Of a stretch of DNA of 57,375 nucleotides, positions 45,716-57,375 are shown in pieces; position 1 is the stretch's first letter, and every line of letters begins with the position of its first letter. Source of the stretch: Nemertoderma westbladi (Eukaryota > Animalia > Xenacoelomorpha); contig JAUCBJ010007350.1 of the NCBI GenBank assembly GCA_032718475.1, forward strand, positions 1 through 57,375. The letters run 5' to 3'. Both the position numbers and the translations under genes were made by a program. The notes under the pieces were generated by a model that was not told where the DNA came from, made no database searches, and worked only from the letters and a program-made list of their open reading frames with translations.

Positions 45716-46829
45716 ACTAAGAATAGACCAGCACTTCTATCTTATGTGCTGCACATAAGGTCTTGGAGTTTTCTTCTGAACAGAATTTACTGATCCTTTC
45801 AGAGGATGTCCGGCTTGAGACTGAAAGTCGTGTGGATTTTTGTGATACATATGTAGACGTTGGTGCTGACTAGCCATCTTCTCTCAAATTATATATGATA
45901 TTATAAAGCAAGCAATACCGGTCAGTACCGGTAGTTCTGTATTCTGTAGTTATGTCATCCTATGTCATCGCTATCCCTTTAATTTCCAATTCGCAATAAA
46001 ATATACCGTACAACTGTACAGTATAACAGTATGTAGGGCTGTAGGTAGGTTCTGTATCAATAAAATGAAAGCGAATTCCAATCTGAGCGTTATACAAATA
46101 CAAAATATATAATGTACCGGCGGACCGGTGTTTGAGTACTGTAGGGTTTACTGCATCCTGATAACTCCTTTAAATTTATTAATAGTGTTTATAGTTGTTT
46201 TAAGGGCTTCCGAAATCGTGACTAGTATTTTTAAGGCCCTTAAAATTAATAGTCCTTAAAATTGCTAGAATCACTATTCTGCTATTTCATGTCGCTATAT
46301 CAGCAATATGGTATTTTGAAACCAGCTGATGCCTTTGCTAGGTAGGCTAGGCTACCCAGTTTAAAACCAATCAGGAAAATAGTGATTCTAGTAATTTCAA
46401 CGGCTCCTTTAGTTTTGGCCCATGGAGGCCATCATGGCGGGAATTTTAAAACCACAGTACAGCTACACTGCACTATACTTTCATTTCTGTCTACCTGTAC
46501 CGGTAGTCCTATTGGTCAGTTTATTAATGGTTAACTATGTTATGTGTGTTTGTGTACGAACGAGTACCGGTAGTGATTGTGCAGAATCTTTTATGGATAA
46601 CTGGCAAGAAAATTAAGAATTGTAGGGCCTACGAGCGTTTGCGTATACTCGTTAAGCGTAATTTCAAACGAGCTTATATATATGTACGTACCGTCCCGGG
46701 TTGTAGATATATGCTATCTTTCAGTTTGGAAACTCATCTATCAGGTTCAGGGAGTTGTTGTTGGAGTTGCTAGGCAACCACAGTATTCCCAACCAATCAC
46801 ACCAGCACATTCCAGAATTGTGAATTGTA

Positions 46830-46842
46830 TGCCACCTAGTGG
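46830..46842 (-). promoter_or_regulatory. CTCF-like motif
   Basis: Minus strand CCACTAGGTGGCA matches the CCASYAGRKGGC consensus; motif match only. Confidence 0.4.
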
Positions 46843-47488
46843 GAGTGGCCATTAGCAAAATTTACTAGTATTATATAACGGAACCTAAACGGACATTTAA
46901 TTAACGTAGTCTAAACGGAAGCTTCGTGACGCTTGTGGTCCGACCTCCGTTCAGATAGGTTACGTTATTCCTACGTTAGTCCTACGTTAGTTGGGATGGA
47001 ATATTAACGGAGCTTCTTGGCGCCCGCCCCTGGAATGTTTCAAGTTACCAAAAATTACATACTCACTGTGTCATTGACTATGTGTTAAACAAGATTAACG
47101 TGATTGGTTGCTGCTTAGTAGCAGCTTTTTCCAATCACATCACTTCTTTTATACAAAATGGGATAATGTTAACTGGAAAAGCCACGAACTAAACACCAGT
47201 GTGTCGGACCTTCGACCCAATACCATGTTATCGTTCGTTGATTTATCACATAGATATAAACATCCTTTGATGCAATGGATATACAGAGGTCGTTGACCCC
47301 TAACCAGCGTCAAACATCTGTATACATGTAATACGTATGTAACGTAATATGTATGTAATACGCATGTAATCTACGTGTAAATAGCGCTTAATCTAATTAA
47401 TGATTGAGTAACTATGGCGTAATTTTTTTTTGTTATTTTCTTCAATGCGTCAATGTGAGGAAGGTGATATTAACAGTTTTCGAGTCTG

Positions 47489-47501
47489 CCACTAGAGGGC
47501 G
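47489..47501 (+). promoter_or_regulatory. CTCF-like motif ~290 bp upstream of the bystin ATG
   Basis: CCACTAGAGGGCG matches the CCASYAGRKGGC consensus; motif match only. Confidence 0.45.
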
Positions 47502-47785
47502 ATGGCGAAATATCTGAAAGTTAAAATCTTCTGTCTCTCAGCTGTAAACCATAAAGTGAAGTAAAGACCAGATAACACTGTAACACATCCAACACGAACT
47601 CTGGAACTCAGCATTCAGACAGCAGCACGTGCTTGCAGCACACTGCAGCACTGCCACTGATACACTGCACTCGTTTATTTTACAGTTTCACGTAGGCCTA
47701 CTGTTATTTCTTAATTTAATAAAATAAGGCTGTAAGAAGGCCTATAACCCTGTAACCTGATAACTGCAAACTGTATAATTGAATT

Positions 47786-49087
47786 ATGGCGAAACACAAA
47801 GTTTTGTCCAATAAATTGACGAAGGCGCGGTCTGTACCGTTGGCAGAACAAATATTAGCCAATAAAAGCGTTCGAAAAAATCAACGAATGAAAGCCAAGA
47901 ATCGTGTTGACGAGAAACCGATGTCGTTAGTGGACGAGAGATTGTCTAAGAAAATTCTGACAGCTGCCCGTCGGCAACAGAACGAGTTGTTGGCGACCGG
48001 GACTAGCAAAGCTACAGATCTACCGGTCCGATTCGGTACCGATACCCATGGCGACGGAAGCGAGGAGTCTTCCGGCTCGGAAGATTCCGTACTCTCCGAA
48101 GGCGTGTCCGATCTTCCGACCATGGATCCCGACGATGAGGCCGCCGTCGCTCGCTTTATGCGAGCCGGTCCGACGCAGCGGAATCTCGCTGACATCATAA
48201 CCGATAAGATAACCGAGAAGAAGTCCGAGTATGGCGGCTCTACGACCGTCCCGAGTCCGTCCGTGGCCCCGGCGGTAGCGGAATGCTACCGCTCTGTCCG
48301 GGACATCCTCTCCCAGTACCGCTCCGGCCGCCTCCCCAAAGCATTTAAGATGCTCCCTCGACTGTCCGATTGGGAGCGACTGCTCTACCTCACCAACCCC
48401 GACGGCTGGACGGCGGCTGCGTTGCTCCAAGCAACCCGTTTATTCGCTGCGGCCAGCGACCCACGGATGACTCAGCGCTTCTACAATCTCGTCCTCCTTC
48501 CCAGAGTTCGAGACGATATCGCCGAATTCCACAAACTCAACGTCCATCTCTACTCCGCTCTCCGGAAGGCTCTATTTAAACCCGCGGCTTTCTTTAAAGG
48601 TATTATCCTGCCTCTCTGTGACAGCGGGACATGTACCTTAAGAGAGGCTGTTATTGTAGGAAGCGTTCTCACCAAGTCATCCCTCCCTATTCTGCACAGC
48701 GCTGCGGCCATGTTACGTCTCGCTGAGATGGACTACACCGGAGCCAACTCTATCTTCCTCCGACTTTTAATCCTAAAGAAGTTTGCCCTCCCGTACCGAG
48801 TGGTTGACGGCATCGTCTACCATTTCGTTCGGTTCACCTACGACCTCGAGTGCGCCCCCTTGCCGGTGCTCTGGCACCAGAGTCTCCTGGCCTTCGTGGA
48901 GACCTACGGGCCGGATTTAGCCCCCGAGCAGCGCAACGCTCTCCTCGGGCTGTGTCGGGTTCATTGTCATCATCAGATAACTCCCGAGGTTCGCAGGGAG
49001 TTGTCTAGACAATCTGGGGTTGCGGATGGGAATACCGGTGCCGGGGTACCTAATGCAAGTGCTGCTGTCACTATGGATTTAGATTAA
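47786..49087 (+). CDS. BYSL: Bystin (Enp1 ortholog, 40S biogenesis factor), single coding exon
   Basis: 433 aa with bystin signatures LSKKIL..ARRQQ, YRSGRLPKAFK, QRFYNLVLLPRVRDDI, KALFKPAAFFKGIILPLC..GTCTLREA, KKFALPYRVVD, LPVLWHQSLL, HHQITPEVRREL. Confidence 0.97.
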   Translation: MAKHKVLSNKLTKARSVPLAEQILANKSVRKNQRMKAKNRVDEKPMSLVDERLSKKILTAARRQQNELLATGTSKATDLPVRFGTDTHGDGSEESSGSEDSVLSEGVSDLPTMDPDDEAAVARFMRAGPTQRNLADIITDKITEKKSEYGGSTTVPSPSVAPAVAECYRSVRDILSQYRSGRLPKAFKMLPRLSDWERLLYLTNPDGWTAAALLQATRLFAAASDPRMTQRFYNLVLLPRVRDDIAEFHKLNVHLYSALRKALFKPAAFFKGIILPLCDSGTCTLREAVIVGSVLTKSSLPILHSAAAMLRLAEMDYTGANSIFLRLLILKKFALPYRVVDGIVYHFVRFTYDLECAPLPVLWHQSLLAFVETYGPDLAPEQRNALLGLCRVHCHHQITPEVRRELSRQSGVADGNTGAGVPNASAAVTMDLD

Positions 49088-51106
49088 ATATATCGGAAAT
49101 TATTTTCTATTGTTGAATAATAATATATTAATTTAATCTTACTCTTTACACCCTCTAGTGAATAGTGTTGTGATTCAGTGACACGCCCCCCCCCCCCCCC
49201 CTAATTTTTCAACAAATCTTAATGAGATTGCATGAAATTTGGAACATAGATAGTTTCACCTCCCGACCACCGAGTGGGTGGGCCAGAATTTTTATTTTTG
49301 CTTTCAATCTTTAGCTACAAGCGTTTAAAAAATGTGTCTCTGACGATATTGCATCAGTGGTAGTGCAGTTATATTCTTCAATTTGTATTGATTTGTTGGT
49401 ATTGATGATTCCAAATCTTCAAAAAGAAAGTCATGTTTCCATACCAACACAAAGGTCGCGGGACTTGTGCAATATGGATGAAGGCACTTTTTGAAAGCTT
49501 AAGGTTGAAATTTGATTGCGTCAAGAGTTTTCTCCTATCTGAGGTGGATATTTGATTTTTTTTTTAAATATCTATTTTAAAAATTTAATTTAATATTATC
49601 ACAAAATTTCGTTTTTTTATTTATGAATAGTTTTCAAAAATTGTTGGTCCAGATTCAATTTAACCTGGACAACTAGAAAAGCCCTTGGATTCTTTGTAGG
49701 AAGGAACTGGCTTACCACCAAGCTTGTTTCTGCCTAAGATGCCCCTTAACGGCTAAAATCGGTTTCAGTACACCCACTTGGCAATTTTTTTAACTTCCAA
49801 AACCCGTTGATTTTCTGATGTACTGTACTGGTATATATACCAATTGATGGAAAGGAGCATGTTACAGAGGCGGGCTTTTCTAACCAAAACAATAAACAAT
49901 CAATCACTTTACCAAAGGTGGGTGTACTGAAACCGATTTGAGCCCCCTTAACTCTCTGCCTGAGACGCACCTTAGTTATTACTAAACCCTGACTGGAAAT
50001 TAACAACACCAACAACAACAACGGGGTGAATGAATACTAGAGGTCTCGCTACGCGGACCTAAAAATGCTGCACACCCGGAACTATTAGGGGGGATCAAGC
50101 AATATGTGTTTCAGAATCAAACAAATGTGTTTCATTAAAATAGTAGAAAATTAGGGAGCGGTGCGCGTGTGTGGGGGTGCGGGATTGCAGGCGAGGGAAT
50201 TCTACATGGAAGACAACTGGAATCTATTCGATCGATTTATTTTTCTAACTATTTTGATGTTTAAAGTGCAGCATGGTCATCTTTTAACTCCGTCAATGGG
50301 ATAGGCCGTGCAAGAATTATGGTCTTTGGTCTTATTGTAAATAAATATCATTACTTCCTTCAACGACATCGGAGCAGTCATTGATTATTATGTGGGGCGG
50401 TAGACAAAGGTTAATGGATATCCATCTCTCAAGGTAAAGATTGAAGTTAGATCAGGATTGGTTTAAAGGGCATTAGATTGTACCGCTACCTAAAATACAA
50501 ACACCAAGATAATTCAATTAAATTGGCATTTTACTAATTTACTTATCTTAGTTAATCCTACGATACACTGCATATAGGCCTACATACTGTACATAAAACT
50601 TGATTGGTTTGTTTGGATTGGCTACAATCTCTTGGAATATTATCAATGACGCAGTAAGTATAAATAAACTTGTACTGTAGGGTGATTGAGACCATGACTT
50701 ATTTGATCATATTATGTATATAAATAATAATTAATTAATATTTGTATTTTTATCAGTAATCCTCTGAGAATGTAGTAGGCCTATATTTTTACTGGACATT
50801 ATTAACACTGAATATGAGGCCATTAAATATAAAAATTAATTATAGATTAATAATTAGACACAGTGAACAATGTTAATTAAATATTATGATACTGTATATT
50901 ATTTTAGTTATTAATTACCAAAAATTGTTATATTAATTACTGAACATTTCACGAGTAACAATAACTTCATCGACAAGTCATTAAAACAAATTTAAGATTT
51001 TTATTTAATCGTTCGTGTATTATAGTAGTAGAGCCTAGCCATGTAGTCTTGTTTTGTATGACGTAGAGTAGCCTACATACCGTATATATGAAACTGTTTC
51101 TCTAAA

Positions 51107-54100
51107 ATGTCACCAATAACGGGATTTCATGCAGTATATCATATTCATTTATACCCCAGCTTTCTGGCGTTACTTGCGTGTTTATTATATGCAAATGGGG
51201 ATGTTTATCTCCACAACCCTAGGGGGTCCAACAACAGACTCAATGAAAAAAGTGCCGAGAGGTCTAATGGAAATCGTCTATTTGATTCGCAGGTACAGTG
51301 AGCTTGACAAATTACTTTGTACACTATAAAACAGAATTTGCATTCAAATTGCGACGCAAAGACTCAGCGAAGTCCATTATTTTGTGAACTCGGTTTAACA
51401 ATATGGGACCTACTACTGTAACAATCAGATTTCATCCCTCTCCAGGGGAAATGGACGCAAATATCAGCCGTTTACTCCCAAAAATAAAACTGTATGTAAC
51501 TGGTTTTATTGACTTTCGTTTACTTTCGCTAGGGACTGCCGAGGACAATATCATGCCCTCAACTGCCGAAAGTGCCAATCGTTGACCGACTTAGCTAAAG
51601 TGACACGCCACTAGTTATTAATTTAATTAATATACTCTTTTTTTTATAGTTATGTTTATTAATCTCTTATTTTTTTACAATTTTCGCCAAGTTTTAGAGA
51701 CTAATTTTAAGAAATAAAATCGATTACCCCACTTATATCTCTTACGTATTTCTCTTTAAAAAAATCACTTTCGTTTATTGTTTTGGATAGAATAAAGTGC
51801 CTTGTAACCCGCTCCTTTATAAAGAAGTAACAGTTAAGTGTTCTTCGGCCATTAGACCATGGATTACGTACAAAGTCTGCCGACTTATTTCCAATACGCC
51901 CCCAGACGAAACTCCAATACTCATATAGATACCATTTAAGGAAGCAAGACAGATGCGCCTTGCTGGCTAGTCCCTTTAAAAGGCATTCGTGCCGAAACGA
52001 AAACTACTCTGGCCACCCAATGACACGCTAATACATAATCCTCTTTGTGGCATGTAATTTAGTACTTATTTAGTAACTGCAAATTTAATATTTGAAATTC
52101 AATCCTCAATATTTTCCCAAATGTCTTAAAAAATCTTTAAAACAGTCCGAAACACCCCAACAAACTTCGTTGTTCCGTTTTATTATATGGGACTTCCAAA
52201 TCCTGGACAGACTATTTAATGCCTTCCCCTTACCCCCATTCCCCTTAGGTCTTCACCTGACTTTCGGATCCATGATCCCAAGTAGCAGAAGTCATCCACG
52301 TGCTCAAGCAAGCCGTCCCTAGAGTTTTATGCCCTTACGATCAGACATTTCTTGAGGGCTATCTAGGTTCACTGTCATGATTTTTGTCTTCTTGGAGTTT
52401 ACAAAAATACCAACACTAGAAGCAACCTGCTCCAATGAGCAGAGGAGCCTTTGGGCTCCCTCTAGTGATTCTGACAATACAGTCATCAGTAAAGTCTATA
52501 TCAGTAAGGTCTACTCTACTTCAACACATTAGTTACCCTACATTAGACCTACGCCCAAGAGCATTATGGTAATTATTAAACCGACAGCCATTGATAACTT
52601 TCATATATTAGATTATTAGATTAATAGATATATATTTTTTTTATTTTAGAACAATGGTCGCGGGGGTTACAATGTGGGTGATGCAACTAGTAAACCGTTC
52701 TCTAATGAAAACGAGCAATATAACATGGTATACTTCCAATCTGGTACCAGTGGTAAAACATATTTAACTACAGGTACGTTTCCTTGGATGTGATAGTGGC
52801 CTACCGGACCGGTTTCTAGGTACATCTCAGCAGGCTAATAGTGAAGTGGAGATTTTTGCTTCATAAATGCTACAGTAACAACTTTACTGAACATCATTTT
52901 AACGTGCCTGCTTGTATAGGCGGGTTGAGTATTTTGTATCTTGTATGTATGTATCCATCTGTCATAAATCAGCCTTTACTCACAGTTTCGAGATTTCGCA
53001 TAGTTATATGCCGTCAGTCTGCGTTTAGGAAAAATATTTTATTACAAAAATTTTATGACAAAACACGACGAGCGCAACGAGGCGTATAATGAAGACGAGT
53101 AATGCTTTGACTATATACTCCTATAAACCACCTGGCTTCGCGTATTGGAGGAATCCCTAGTTAAAGGCTTTGAGTAATGCGGCGCTAATATTCCATGGGA
53201 GGTAGAAGTAGCTGTTTTGCACTGGTGGGTGGGGGGGGGGGGGGGGGGGGGGGGGGGTGCAGGTTTGTTTCCCGCTGCCCTTATTTCTAGTTATTAATTG
53301 CAAAATTATTATATTGGTTACAGAATGGACAAATCAGCACGGTTGTGGGGGAACCAGTGATGGTAAAGGAGGTACCCACAAACTATTTTGTCAGATAATA
53401 CTGCAATATATGTGCGTTCCAGAAGGCAGTCAAGGTTAGCTACTTCAGTCTTTCTGTTCCCGGTTATAATTTTTCGAATTGACTTTCAAAAATATGAGAG
53501 ATGAATATGTATTTGAGTAACTAATTTATAAATTATTTTAAATTTAACTGAACTGAAATGCTCGAATTAAAATATTTAGGGTCGACAAAAAATCAATTAA
53601 TGATTAACTTATGATCAGCCTAATTTTACTTTCAATTTGTTCTAGAATTACGAAATGGGGTGCAACGGAACACACAAAAATATGTAGAGCATTCGAATAT
53701 GGCGGAAGCTATAGGAGATGTTAGTTGGAGACGCGAGCAATCAGTAGCGGAAGACAAAGGGATACACGAACCTTTCCAATGGTATGATAACTGCTACACA
53801 AGAGACAGAAATAAAGGTTTGGATGTTTTTGTTTTTTCCTTCTCGATCAAATGACTTATATCCGTAAGAAGTACTTTTACTAGATTGAAGTACTCGTCTC
53901 TACAATACTCGTTGCGCTCGTTTCTAAAACAAGTCAATTATATTTAGTTTCTGGACCATTCGGTCCAAAAACATATATATGGACGAATAATTGTTTGTAG
54001 CGAATTGACAAACTTCCGTTATTTCTTCCATCAACAACAAATTTATTGAAACATTTAGGCAATAGAATCCTATAACTAGTTCATTTTCTATCATCAGTCG

Positions 54101-55865
54101 GGGAGGGGAGGGGGTGGGGTGGGGCGGATGCATTAGGTGCCCTTGGGGAATTAGATCCTCCCAGGATTCCCGATTCTCCAACAATATCCTAAATTATTTG
54201 AGCTACAGTTCCTTCCGAAACTGTTTCATGCACTTCTGATAAATTATCTAACAGTGATGAAATATATAGAATACGCGGAGGTTGATATACGTGGACCTTG
54301 ACGATCAAATTTAACACTTGCCGACAGGAATGTGGGCCATTAGAGACAATTTTTAGCACATAGGCTTACTATAAAAGTTTAAACTGTGAATATAGTGTAC
54401 ACAGTTCAACCACGTTGCTGGATTGTTTATTAATAATTTATAGGATTATTTACTGCCGATCAAAAACTGAAAAATAATAAAATGGGTTACCAGTCAGCGA
54501 TATATACGAGACAGAATCCGAACGGGCAGCGGAGAGGCTACGAGTGCCCGGAGGAAAGGGATTACTATCCGTACTGGCACCCGTCGCATTGGAAAGATAT
54601 CGCGATATTAACCGGAGATACAAGTCGCTGTCAGTGGTACACTAGGGAGAGTTACAATATACACTCGAGGTTAGAAAGCAGTAGACCGGTACAGTAGTTG
54701 GGATAAATGTAAAAAAATACCTCAAAGTTGTATAATTATTATTTAAGCTTATCAAAAAATACTTAAGCGTAGTAGGTACGAATGTAGGGCCTACTGGTTT
54801 TTTTTCAAACAGGTACGAATTTTTGAGTTTTGTTTTTATTCAAACACGTACGAATGTACCGAGTTTTGTTTTTATTCAAACAGGTATGAATGTAGGCCTA
54901 CTGAGTTTTTTTCAAATAGGTACTGTACAAATGTACTGAGTTTTTTTCAAATAGGTAAAAATGTACTGAGTTTTTTCAAACAGGTACGAATGTACTGAGT
55001 TTTGGGGTGCAGATAACGCTGGTTCAATGAAACCCTATAGTCGATGGAACAACAAGAAAGACTGCCAATCAAATAACGGTCAATGGATTGAATATCATAA
55101 CTACAAGGAGATACTAAGAGGTATGCCTACACTGCCTTTTCTTACTGTTAGTTGTATGGTATTGGCTGCTCCGGTACCGGTATACAATTGTACTGTATAA
55201 GGAAAGTGAAAGTTTTATCACGTTGATTGATCAAGGTATAGTTCCTAAAGAATCATGCCGGCGCAGTAACTGGATACATTACCCGTCAACCAGCCGAAAT
55301 TATATTGTACTGGGTTTATTTGTATTGCAGGGGTAAATGAATTAAACTGCCGTTCTAGAAGCACAGACAGAAACCCATTGATATGGGCTCGCCCCTACAG
55401 GGAGTACAATAAACAGTGCTTGGTGATGCTGGACCCACCAGATTGCATCCAAGCGGGCTGGACAAGAGATAACCATTTAGGCAATGGGCGGTGAGTTAGT
55501 AGTATTATTATAGCTGCTGTTATTCAACCTCTTATTGCGTGTACACAAAATTTTGCACTTTAGAAATGATATTATTATGATATGATCTACATGAAAACTG
55601 AAAACTTCAACTTTCAAATAATATTTATTTTTGCTAGATTTGAGCGCCTGTGGATTTAAAGTTTGTAATATTACCTACCAAGAGTTAGAGTAACATCACA
55701 CCCTTATTCTACTTTATGCAGGGAGGGCTACCCGTTGAATTACACTTGGGAATTACCCCAGTTTATATCGGACACTAAACAAAGATGTGTTCTGCGGCTT
55801 CGATACAACATATCCACCAGCGATTACAATCCATGGGACACTGACGCGTCATCTAACCAGAATAG
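51107..55865 (+). CDS. DD3-3-like secreted/membrane protein, exons 1-8 (3'-incomplete)
   Basis: Phase-consistent GT-AG exons: 51107-51292, 52650-52773, 53324-53434, 53646-53816, 54444-54669, 54984-55120, 55331-55490, 55722-55865. Signal-peptide-like start, then DVYLHNPRGSNNRL, LFDSQNNGRGGY, EWTNQHGCG, RNKGLFTADQ, TRQNPNG.RRGYECPEERDYYPYWHPS, NHLGN, CVLRLRYNIST. Confidence 0.9.
52190..52510 (-). mobile_element. Degraded internal RT fragment of the RTE-group LINE in intron 1
   Basis: Reverse complement matches ~15800-16128 (for example the LEHVDDFCYLGSWIRKSGED-coding segment). Confidence 0.85.
54773..55003 (+). repeat. ~31-38-bp tandem repeat spanning the intron 5 / exon 6 junction
   Basis: Seven copies of TTTTTTCAAA(C/T)AG|GTACGAATGTACTGAG; the last copy is the in-frame acceptor. 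Confidence 0.85.
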
Positions 55866-56084
55866 GTTGGTATGTTGGGGGGGGGGGGGGGGGGGGGGGG
55901 GATCTTTATACAATCCTAAATAATCCGTTTTTTTCGGGGAAAATTGACGCAAATTACAGCTGAATACGAAGAAAAACGAACCTGCGCCTTAATTTGATTG
56001 AAACTTAAAATTGTTAATTATCCGAAACGAATATTGATTCGCCGGGATGGGATTTGCCCAACCCCCCCTATTTGTCACAAATTG

Positions 56085-57375
56085 TACTGGTTATACTGGT
56101 ATAGTATAGTTATACTGGTATAGTTATACTGGTATAGTATAGTTATACTGGTATAGTATAGTATAGTTATACTGGTATAGTATAGTATAGTTATACTGGT
56201 ATAGTATAGTATAGTTATACTGGTATAGTATAGTATAGTTATACTGGTATAGTATAGTATAGTATAGTTATACTGGTATAGTTATACTGGTATAGTATAG
56301 TTATACTGGTATAGTTATACTGGTATAGTATAGTTATACTGGTATAGTATAGTATAGTATAGTTATACTGGTATAGTATAGTATAGTTATACTGGTATAG
56401 TATAGTATAGTTATACTGGTATAGTATAGTATAGTTATACTGGTATAGTATAGTATAGTATAGTTATACTGGTATAGTATAGTATAGTTATACTGGTATA
56501 GTATAGTATAGTTATACTGGTATAGTATAGTATAGTTATACTGGTATAGTATAGTATAGTATAGTTATACTGGTATAGTATAGTATAGTTATACTGGTAT
56601 AGTATAGTATAGTTATACTGGTATAGTATAGTATAGTTATACTGGTATAGTATAGTATAGTTATACTGGTATAGTATAGTTATACTGGTATAGTATAGTA
56701 TAGTTATACTGGTATAGTATAGTATAGTTATACTGGTATAGTATAGTATAGTTATACTGGTATAGTATAGTATAGTTATACTGGTATAGTATAGTATAGT
56801 TATACTGGTATAGTATAGTATAGTTATACTGGTATAGTATAGTATAGTTATACTGGTATAGTATAGTATAGTTATACTGGTATAGTATAGTATAGTTATA
56901 CTGGTATAGTATAGTATAGTTATACTGGTATAGTATAGTATAGTTATACTGGTATAGTATAGTATAGTATAGTTATACTGGTATAGTATAGTATAGTTAT
57001 ACTGGTATAGTATAGTATAGTTATACTGGTATAGTATAGTATAGTTATACTGGTATAGTATAGTATAGTTATACTAGTATAGTATAGTTATACTGGTATA
57101 GTATAGTATAGTTATACTGGTATAGTATAGTATAGTTATACGGTATAGTATAGTTATACTGGTATAGTATAGTATAGTTATACTGGTATAGTATAGTATA
57201 GTTATACTGGTATAGTATAGTATAGTTATACTGGTATAGTATAGTATAGTATAGTTATACTGGTATAGTATAGTATAGTTATACTGGTATAGTATAGTAT
57301 AGTTATACTGGTATAGTATAGTATAGTTATACTGGTATAGTATAGTATAGTTATACTGGTATAGTATAGTATAGT
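56085..57375 (+). repeat. Compound microsatellite [TTATACTGG(TATAG)1-4]n in intron 8, running off the window
   Basis: Directly visible. Confidence 0.97.

Noticed and set aside
54137-54215. Tiny minus-strand RTE 3' fragment (ENRESWEDLI) in intron 4
   Set aside because: Resembles 13410-13445 but is too short and degraded to call confidently.
56085-57375. Telomeric repeat
   Set aside because: The unit is TATAG/TTATACTGG rather than TTAGGG/TTAGG, and it lies in an intron of an unfinished gene.

Overview
Repeat-rich animal (invertebrate-like) nuclear DNA, not prokaryotic. The first ~7.9 kb is tandem repeats (21-, 14- and 25-bp units with higher-order structure), followed by foldback/MITE-like repeats and a 5'-truncated RTE-type LINE inside a 68-bp array. 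The centre is a complete, recent 16.6-kb BEL/Pao LTR retrotransposon (18289-34843; 1193-bp near-identical LTRs, TCGTC TSD). Its very long gag-pol is split by a 677-bp hAT-type MITE and by a frameshift where the protease motif should lie. Between pol and the 3' LTR it carries ~1.6 kb of non-coding sequence with duplicated, covarying stem-loops and an extra non-env ORF (three Zn-knuckle-like motifs, basic tail). A diverged homolog of that ORF lies on the minus strand at 39.8-41.4 kb, next to a PPT and candidate LTR start. This accessory protein plus structured RNA module is the most interesting observation; its function is inference only. Host genes are an intronless bystin (BYSL), eight exons of a DD3-3-like gene running off the window end, and an intronless type-II-membrane fibrinogen-domain gene with a premature stop. 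Further LINE fragments and satellites are present.
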